Shown here piece after piece: positions 54,246-64,000 of a DNA stretch of 64,000 nucleotides; position 1 is the first letter of the stretch; every line of letters starts with the position of its first letter. The notes under the pieces are model-generated. The model was not told where the DNA came from and ran no database searches. It was given only the letters and a program-made list of their open reading frames with translations. Made by a program: the position numbers and the translations under genes. This DNA comes from Perna viridis (Eukaryota), in contig CM074516.1 in assembly GCA_037379345.1 (NCBI GenBank), positions 14,942,001-15,006,000 of the forward strand, written 5' to 3'.

Positions 54246-56411
54246 CATGTGAGGCTCTATGCTTGAGTGTGTCAAAATTCAAATTGTGTTATCACTTGCC
54301 CAAAGTAAACATAATTCGACATGCTGCGATCGTATAATTCTGCGATCATATCATGCTGCACTCCGCGAAGCTCTATATTTCCCGTATAAAGACGATGTTA
54401 TATTGTTACGCATAGTTTTGTTCGGTTTTTCAGATAAAAAAAAACGCTGAAGTGAAGGAAGAAATATTCGTTTTAAGTTGTCAAAATCGACAAAAAATAT
54501 TTGCCACCATTAAAAAGGTTCCATAAGATTACTTTCAATGCATTTGATCAGTTTTGAAAGTATCATCTTTTGTAGTAATCAATTTACAGCGATGTAATGA
54601 TAAACAATAACACTAATATGAACATTTTTGTCAGTACCATTTACAAAGTTATTTTAGAGGTAAAATAAAATATCAAATTACACACAAAAAACTCAAATTT
54701 GATTGGCGTTGTTTTTAATGCTACATTAAAGGTTTTAACGAGAGCTCTTAAAATACTAAAAAAAATACGAAAAAAATCGTACAAAAATTTACAAAAACTC
54801 GAAATTAGATGTGTATATATTACTTTAATATACCATCAAGAAACTCACAGTTGTGTTGTAAAACACATTTACAGTATGAAAAACAGAACCGGACAAGGGA
54901 ATCTTTCTTTATAATGGTCAGAAGTAGATGTATCTTGATGACATGTAACATGAGATTCATGCTACCATTGACATGAGAAATTAAATTATCAGTATGCTAC
55001 TGAAGGGAAATTAATCTATTTGTGATCAATCAGTTAAATTGGGACCATTTCAAAGAAAATTCGTAATTCTGAAAGACGCCGTCTCTTTAAATTTAAACCA
55101 GTGATGTCACGTACATGTTTGCTATTTCAAAGAGGCGACAATCAGTATGTAACCAGCATGAACTCGCTATTCTGCGTATTTGATTCGTGTTTTTTTAGTT
55201 TAAATTGTTCTCTACATTATTATAAGCTTCATTTTTTGTTGTCGCAATAGCCAAACGAAACATATATGTATTCAACGTGCAAACCTTCTATAGTGAGTGC
55301 TCTTATTGAAGTTTTTAATGTTTATATGCATACCAAATAGTTAAACAACAATTGCAAGCTTACAGTACTAAATTATTACTTATTCCCGTCCTAAATTTTA
55401 TCAAATCTAATTCCATTTGCACTATTTTTATCATCACAGTGAAATAATAAACCAAGTTAAAAAATGTAAATTTTTTTCACTACATGTATCTTTATTTTTT
55501 CCTATCTGAAATGAATTTAGGCATTCAAAAGTGTGCAAATCATAGTGAACACCAACTTCAATCAAGATTGTTTGACGAAATTGTCACTTTTAAGATTTGA
55601 GAGAAAAAAAAACGATATGGTGAAACTCAATAAAACCTTTAAAATAATATTAAATACCAAAGGTGTTCAATGCACCTTCAAGCCAGGATTGAAAGGCCCC
55701 GACACAAAAAAGGAAACTTGTAAAAAAAAAAAGAATGGAATGAATGCTAAAGATCAAGTGCAGATTAAATTATCGAAATAGCCTTAATAAAAAAAAAAAA
55801 CTATATATATTTTGCCTAGAATACACAACTTAATTATTTTGAAACATCTGCGACAATAAATTCCTCTGTTTGTATGTTTTTATTTACTATTTTGTTTTGT
55901 TTGTTTTTGATTGTTTGTTTTGGTTTGCTTATGAATGTTTAACATGTATGTACATGTATATTTTACAATTCTTAGTTCCTTAAACATTGAGAATGCATTT
56001 ATCAATAGTGAGGGCCTCAAAGTAAAATCTCAGAGTTGACCACATTGCGGAAATTTTAATGCCATATTTTAATACATTTTTTTACTACCGATAGGTCGAG
56101 AATTGTCATGTTTGCCAACTGGCAATTACTGCAAACTATGAAACAACTCAATTCAAATTATACCATTGCCGTGAACTTTAATTTAAAATATAAACCTTTT
56201 AATATCATTAGACCTTACTAATTAATAGAATAACAATTTCATTACACTTTCCTTATTTTAAACGATCCTTCTGCCTTTCTGATTTACGTTGAGTCCAACC
56301 ATTAGCATCTATTTTTGTCTTATGGCACATACACCAAAACAAAATAGTTTTCTTATGAAGAAAGCTACATTTTTATATTCAAATTATATTATTCGATTGT
56401 AGAATTAAATG

Positions 56412-56639
56412 AAAACTAGATTAATGGAAAATTTAGTTAAGTTTGAATATAGAAGTATAGTTTTGCGGTATAAAAAAATAGTCAAAGCAAAGTTTTGAAA
56501 AAGAGCAAATTTCAGATCTTAGAAAAAAAATGCTGATTTTCGCAATGCAACTCCAAATTATTTCTTTAATTCAACGACTTATTATAAATATGAATCAGAT
56601 CTTTAATCGTTTTCAACTAATGAAAAGAAAAAAAATGTA
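56412..56639 (+). repeat. 228-bp direct duplication, copy 1
   Basis: Matches 58718-58945 except for one base. Confidence 0.95.
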
Positions 56640-57869
56640 TTGTTCATTTCTTTTGTTCATGTCAGGTTTTCCTAAAATCATAAACGACATACTGCAGGTC
56701 AATAGAATTTATTCAAGTCTTGTCATATGTGTATACATGGATAAACTTAAACAAGAGTAAACAAGAGAGTTGTTGAGTAATTTTCCTTACACGCATTTTG
56801 TTTCTATTCTTATTTGGTTTTCCAACAGTATTAAAAGTGATTGAATTTTAAATCAACTGCTAGCCTTATAGTGTTTTTTTTTTTTACATGTATTAATCTC
56901 TACACATGGCTGTTTCAAAATGATGTTAATATACACGAAATGACAATTTTAAATCTATCTTCTAAACTATCAACAACATACGCTAGGTATTGAAAAATCG
57001 AAGTTTTATACATGTATATCTACTTTTCTTGACAATTTGTAATTCATATATGCTGCTGGTATTTCAAATGTCACTGAGTGTATGTACCGGCCATATGATT
57101 AGAATTATCTGATTCGAATAATATACATGTGTGAGATTGTTTTTTTTTAATATTTGCAGTGCATTGTATTACAAAATTACAAAATGTTTATTGCAAATGG
57201 TAGAGCCTCTTGGGGCTGGATTTGAGTTAATCTTCTATATAAGAAATATTTTGATTTAGTATTTATTCTGTTGAAGAGAATGTAATTCGTTAACACACTT
57301 GTGCATCGAATTTTTCAATATTTGATGAATGGAAAAGCACAAAATCCTGTCTCATAAAATCGGTGGAACCCAAACTACGATGAGTCAATTAAAATATTGT
57401 CAGGCGTTCTAACATTTAAATTTAAAGTACACAACTCTTTATACTAGTTTGCACACCTCACTATTTGAAACGATTATTTCAAACGCATCTTACAAACAAA
57501 AAATCAATCTATTATTCACGGATTTCATTTAACAAATACAAAGATATTTACATTAATTACAGAATGGATTTTTTTTTCAAGAAGAGATTGTTTAATATTT
57601 AATTTAATTTACATTTTACCTACCACAATAACGAGAAAATGAATATCTTTGTTACTTTTAAGATGATATTTTGGAGAATATTTTTTTACCTCTGATTACC
57701 TTCAAGATTTTGGACAAAATTTTTTAAAAGGTTGCCAAAATCAGCGTAGGATCAATTTAATACTTTATGAAGAAAGACCAAATTATCAAAAATTAAAAAA
57801 TATACTCTAAACAGCTTGAATTTCCCACCTGGCTTTTTTTAGTTACATTCTGTTACATTTTTACCTGCT

Positions 57870-58966
57870 GCCAAACACATATTTTCTATTTTTAGTGACG
57901 ACTGCCAGATATGTCTGCAGATAAAAATTCTCACAGACGTTCTAGGCATAGTACCTTAGGGAACATTCATTTCATGTTCTAAATGGGTTCTTATTGGTCC
58001 AATAGTGTCAGAGAAGAAGTATTTTGAAAGTAATAACATTAAATACAAAACTACCAGTTTTATATATAGTAAATTTCGATATGCTGTACACGTGTTTCAA
58101 GGTGTAAGCTCTCATCAACAGCATTAAAGTCAAATATGTAGGAAGATCATAATCAAAATATTAGTTGTATACAAGAAGTACTCATAACCAAAACTATCGA
58201 AAAAGGAAGCCAAATCCATCACCAAGAGGTTCTACCATATGCAATGCAAGGAATGAAGCCTCCGTGTTTAACGTATTTTAAAATTTGGAATACTGCAAGA
58301 TTTCATAAATAGGGTAGATAAAATATAATTCAGGGTCAGACAAGTCTGACTACTGCGTTGCAAAAATAGCAAAAATATGACCGAAAATGGCAATAACTCC
58401 AGAATGGATTTACAGATTTTCGGAAATGTTTAACAACAGATAGATCTCATCATGCTAAACACTTTAAGCCGATCAGAAAGGGGCTAGACCAAACGGTCAT
58501 AGAGATATATGCAAAAAATGCTGTCTGACCCCTATTTTCTATTTCAAGTAACAATAACCGTGTTTGTCCGCATATAAAACATCTCGACATCTCTTAAGGA
58601 AACAGACATTCATACCAAGTTTTTTTTTTTTCTGGTCCGAAATAGTCAGAGGAGAAATTTTGTTACAAAATCGTTAATTACTACGACGACGGCCGCAAAC
58701 TGATTTCAATAGCTCACAAAACTAGATTAATGGAAAATTTAGTTAAGTTTGAATATAGAAGTATAGTTTTGCGGTATAAAAACATAGTCAAAGCAAAGTT
58801 TTGAAAAAGAGCAAATTTCAGATCTTAGAAAAAAAATGCTGATTTTCGCAATGCAACTCCAAATTATTTCTTTAATTCAACGACTTATTATAAATATGAA
58901 TCAGATCTTTAATCGTTTTCAACTAATGAAAAGAAAAAAAATGTACTTGAGCCAGGTAAGCTCAAA
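57870..58966 (+). mobile_element. Non-autonomous Helentron/HINE-like remnant
   Basis: Core-repeat-like blocks (cattcat...tggtcc.aatag..cagag.agaa) at ~57960-58030 and ~58605-58660, then gacgacgg.cgcaaa.tgat...aatagctcac...ttgagc.cagg..agct end. Confidence 0.55.
58718..58945 (+). repeat. 228-bp direct duplication, copy 2
   Basis: See copy 1. Lies between atagctcac and cttgagccaggtaagct. Confidence 0.95.
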
Positions 58967-60361
58967 TGTTCCATCTGAAACTTCAACGTTTTGTTACTCA
59001 GTCACCGTCTTGGTCGATATCAAGGGTATTGATGAACCAAGAAGTCATAATTGTCTAACCACGAACTATTAAACAATATATTATTACAGAAATTTACATT
59101 TCGAAACCCCATTATAAATTGAGGCTACATTCCTTGTGTGAAACATGAAGCTCATTTCTAAGCTACAATAATTTTATTCCTTGAAATTCTATGGTAGAAC
59201 TTATCGATTCTGGTTTTGGCTCCTTATTTGAATTGCTTTTGGTTGTTAGTGCCTCTTGTATACAACGTAATTGTGAACTTCCTTATGATGCGTTTCAAAA
59301 TACTGATGAAAAGACTTATCTTTTTGAAGAAAGAGTACAGCATACCGAAATTCGCAATGTTTAGATAATTGATGTTTTTGTATTTTGTAACCATGAAAAT
59401 ACACACGTAACGTTTTAAAGTAAACAATAATATTCAAATATCTAAATGATTATTTTTCAAGTATTCAATTATATACCACAAGGAGGAATTGCGCTTCACT
59501 GTGACATACACATTTTCAATTGATGAACTTTAAACTTACAATATTATGTTTCATACATAATCAAATAGTATGTGGTAGGGTAAAAATGTTAAATATTCTA
59601 CGGATAATAGTCCGTACTTGATAAATATTTTGCAATACATATTTGAATGTATTTGAAAATTTCAGAGCGCTGTAATGTAAAATAGTCTGAAATTTTGCGT
59701 ATTTTGTTTTGTTTGTTTGTTTGTTTTTGTTTGTTTGTTTGTTTTGTTTGTTTGTTTTTTGTTATTATTTTCATTATTTTCCTTTTGTTTTTTGAGGGTT
59801 TTAAAAATAAACTAAAAATTCAACAAGTTATGAAATGGCCTTAAAGAACCAAATATAAATAAAATGACAAGAAAACAACACATAAGCCATCATTCCTGTA
59901 AGACATACCCTCTGGTGGTTTCAAATTCATAAAAAAGATTAATTTTTATAACTTTTGTGGTAAAGGAGTTTACAATTAACACTTTACTCAAAAGTCAAAA
60001 GTCATACATCATTAATTTATTTTGTGAAATTTGGTTATCAAGCTTTTTTGTTGTAATTTTTTTTTCTTTTTCACTGAAAAACAAATAAATTTATAAATAA
60101 AATCAGTCATATGTACCTACCCGAAACACTGAATTAAATCAGTGCTGGTCCCATAAACTTTATTTTATTTTATTTATTTTATAAGATGGCTATACAAAGT
60201 ATTACACACAAGTACGACATTTTTACTTGATTCTGAAAAAAAGTTTGAGGCTAAATTTCCAGACTTATTTAGCAATTAGGCATATTGTGGGGATCTCCAA
60301 TACATGGTTAGACTATATATGAATTGGTAACAACTGATGTAATTATGTTGTTAAAGAGTAA

Positions 60362-60552
60362 TCAAGGGAACCAATGTATAGCGGTAATCAAATGAATGTA
60401 ATCCAGGGACAAAGACCAGACATGGAAAATTGACATACACAACAAAGAACATGAAGTAACTAAAATCATACATACAAAGTTACAAAAGCAAATGAGCAAC
60501 TCGGACTCCACTAAAAACTGGGAGCATAGACCAGGTGCACCGGTAGGGTAAA
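60362..60552 (-). repeat. Solo copy of Penelope-associated 3' repeat
   Basis: Reverse complement closely matches ~53400-53595. Confidence 0.85.
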
Positions 60553-61371
60553 GAAATCTCATTCAATGTATAAATTGTATTCAACGAAATGGGCTTAATG
60601 TGGCTATGACAATTCCAGTGTGTTGAAGCGCCTTATAAATCCGTCTGTATATTTGTTTTGAACGGAATTAGTAGGCTGCATTTTATAGGAACCTTGATTT
60701 AACATATGCGTTATTAAAATGTGCGAAACATTGATCCTGGATTTTTAAAACAAAAACTTCTCGTAATTTGAATCGCAATAAGTATATTTAAACTCCGTTA
60801 AAAATACATTTAAGACTGAAAAACAAAACCCGCAGCTGCTGTTTTAATATAACAAACTAAAACACTCGAATTTCTGTTGAGAACATCTTAGATATCCACA
60901 TTTAAAAACAAAACAAAACAAAACAAAACGCATTATTTCTGAATACATTTCTTATTACATAAACGGGTATTTGGAATACACGCTTCCAGGCTGGAGCATA
61001 CTAAGTATGTGTATACTCGTGTGATCGATCGAACTCATTTGGGGGAGGGGGGGGGGCGATCAACCCTCTGTACAAATTAAAGATAAATTGTTTAACATCA
61101 TATTTATAGCTTCTCATTATGTAAACATAAGAATTATGCGTTATACAGGTATCAAAATTCAGAAATCATAGACATATTAAATAAGTTAGTGTATTCTCTA
61201 AAAACACTTTTATTTTTATTTTTTTTTATTATTATTATTTTCCCGAGCTGTTATGTTCTTGATATGAATTATCAACAATAATCTATGGATATTGGCTGTT
61301 GTGGAACTAAAAGTTTCATTATATGTCATCATTTCAGGTAAAAAGCAAGGCCATTTACAGACTTTGTAAAG

Positions 61372-61504
61372 CATATGGTTTGGATATTTATTTGGTCCAT
61401 CTTGTTGTTTCCAATCATGGGTTTGGGTATTTATTTGGTCTATTTTGTTGGTTCTGATCATGGGTTTGGATGTTTATTTGGTCCATCTTGTTGGTTCCGA
61501 TCAT
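61372..61504. repeat. 43-bp tandem repeat, 3 copies
   Basis: catgggtttggatatttatttggtccatcttgttggttccgat variants. Confidence 0.85.
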
Positions 61505-63369
61505 GTAAATGTCAAAGCAGTACAGTTACAATTGAAATACACGTGTAATTTTTAACATTTTGGGGTGTTACAATGCTCACCTCTTTACACCATTGATTAC
61601 TTTATTTTGTTTTTTGTTAAATACCAATATTCAATAAACGTCGTTTTTTAGTCTTGTCCTCTTTTGAGTTATTTAAGTTCCAAAGGTGTTAAATCGATGT
61701 TTATGTCATAGAAAGACCGAATAATGCAAAGATATATATATATACAAATATATATGTAAGTCTAAAGGATAGTACAACGATACCGATAAAGATATTAACA
61801 CACTATAACAAAGTATATAATGGGCAAATATACATATATTTCAAGTTTTGGTGTGATTTGATTGTGTCGCAAGATGGTGTCAATTATTTCAGGAATCAAT
61901 CTTTTCACAAAAAAGCTGCCTTTGAATTACCATTAGACACACGAACATATTTACATTAGGGAGATTTTAAAGCCTGCTGGTTTTTGGTATCCGATATAAA
62001 ATGAAAATCGTTTCTTTGTTTCATCAACACAGCTTAAAACAGAACCAAAAATTCCGGATAAAATAAAGCATCTAAACTACAGGTATCTCTGAAATTCAAA
62101 ATTAAATAAAATTGTCGAATGTTTCATAATTTTGGTGTTTAAAAATGATTTTGCTTTTTTTTTCATATTTCGAAACGTGGAATTAGTAGATAAACCAAGT
62201 GGTTTGTTACACTTCAGCATTTTAATTAATTTCTTCTATAGTCATTGATGGTTCTGTTAATCCGGGTAACAGTTTTTACCATTGGCCAGGACAACAGTGT
62301 CTTTCTCATATTTCGCAATTTTTCCCTTGATTCTCATTGGCTTATCGAAGTTCAAAATTAATGTTTTCGGGGTTTATCTAGAACAACGCTAACACCCAAT
62401 CGGAACTATACAGCCTTTCTCAATACACAGAAGAAAAAACAAACTATTTCATAGAGTAACGGAGATGACCGAGTAGTTCCGATGTAAAGATAAACCCCAT
62501 GAAAACCCGATCCAACGTGATCAGACGACTATCAACATTCATGGCGGCGTTTTTCATTCTGTGATTTGTATATGCACCGTTATTGTTGCGTAATGTAAAT
62601 CAGTTGTCGACTGTTCATTCGGTAAACAGTAAACTTATAACCTCTCGATACTATTAGATTATTTTTTTTTCAACCCCAATCGGTTACGAACTGTTTTGGG
62701 GCAGATATTCTGGTTATTTATTCTGTGGATCTGCCGTGCTGTTTGTGATGCATTAACGAATCGATTTTCTAAATAAATTAATCGGATGTGCCTGTCTTGA
62801 CGTAACGTCGTTTCACGTGGCCTCCCTCTCCGGGGACATTATCTAATTAAGATAATGTTTGTGCAATTTATTCATGTAATTATTTTATTTAATTTTGTTT
62901 TTCTAATTTGTCTTAGATGTGACCTTAACGAAAAAAAACAAAACAAAACAAAACAAGACAGCGGAAACACATTTATGTCTGCCATATCCTAAACTGTTCC
63001 CTAAATGACTGGCCATGATTTTGTCGGCTCAAATGTGGACAATGATAACAATATTCCGATCAAAATGTCATTTATTAAATAAAATGACGCAAACTATTAT
63101 TTACAGACAAAGGGAGTTAACTCACAATTAAAAATTCAGTAAGCGTCCTCAATAACAGCCATCCTATAAAAAACGTAGCGTACAAAAAGGCATAATTAGA
63201 AGTACAAAATCAATATAAAATCGTTATGGTGTATCCATCTGCACCATGTGAGCAAACTCAAACTGTGAGGAATTAACGCGATGCTTAGCTTATAACAATC
63301 ATACTCACATTGTGAGCACTCTCGTAATTAAAATCATACAAATTTACATATATACCTACTAGTAGGATG

Positions 63370-63936
63370 TCAATGAGTTGCTGTATATGAAACAGCAGAC
63401 CGCACACTTTTAAAATAATCCTTATCCCCAAATGGTTCAAATGAAATCCATCATGGCACAAAAATTCTAAGTTTTTCCAAAACCCACGGTGGTGCCAAAG
63501 TTTAAAGTTTTCATTCTTCTCCTATTAATTTTCCTTGTTTCTAAATCGTTGATCTCCTTTACTTTCTGGTTGTAACCAGGAAACGTCCTCTCTTCACAGC
63601 AAAGTAGAAGTTGCCCAATCACAACCGAGCAAATCTGAAGACCATAAACACAGAATGGAGCTGAGGAAAAATTCAATAGCAATTTGTTGAGCTGATCTAG
63701 ATTGAGTGGAGGCCTCCAATTTGTAAAAATATGATGTCCGGGGTGGAATAAAAAAACACAAGACATGAGGACGCTTGGTTTTGAAAAAGTTTCTTAAAAG
63801 TAAGACCTCCATGAGCTCGATAAGATGTTTTAAACTCTCTTGCGTCCAAACGTAAATTGTAAACATTGTCAAATGAATTAGCAAAACGACGAATAAAACT
63901 ATGTCCAAATAAAACGACCTTTAGTTCGGAGTCCAT
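63370..63936 (-). pseudogene. SGNH/GDSL hydrolase-like ORF, frameshifted (type carried by DIRS/Ngaro-class retroelements)
   Basis: VVLFGHSFIRR (block I), HGGL, PDIIFLQIGG (block III truncated), VVIGQLL, YNQKVKEIN, HHRGFW, DGFHLN (block V), spread over different frames. Confidence 0.75.
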
Positions 63937-64000
63937 GACACAACATAACCGGTTACTGCAACCTGAAGTTGGTTATTTAGTTTTCTCTCCTTTAGTAGCT

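Noticed and set aside
56530-59072. Duplicated 76/78-aa ORFs as paralogous genes
   Set aside because: By-product of the 228-bp duplication. Low complexity and no domain.
62320-62560. CCAAT boxes and ATGGCGGC motif as a promoter
   Set aside because: No associated exon could be supported. May be a transposon end.

Overview
AT-rich eukaryotic DNA with spliceosomal introns. The repeat families look like those of a bivalve mollusc (inference). The left half is a giant, recent inverted duplication: arm 1 is <=1..15790 (it runs off the window), a 3342-bp spacer is 15791..19132, and arm 2 is 19133..>=34921, with arms >99% identical by eye. Each arm carries a 5.9-kb Gypsy/errantivirus-like element. 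It has a tRNA-His PBS, a truncated gag, no pol, an orphan ~263-codon ORF, a baculovirus-F-type env and a PPT, but its two LTRs are INVERTED rather than direct, and each is extended by the same 59-bp PPT-containing segment. The element sits ~150 bp upstream of an apparently orphan first exon of a CLCA-family gene. The arms and spacer also hold a decayed LINE with nested MITE, SINE and hAT-like insertions, a Penelope-like RT remnant and a P-like MITE. The right half holds a two-coding-exon BTB/POZ gene (minus strand), mariner and Penelope-like remnants, several MITEs, a Helentron-like end interrupted by a 228-bp local duplication, and a frameshifted SGNH-hydrolase ORF. All comparisons were made by eye and no searches were run.
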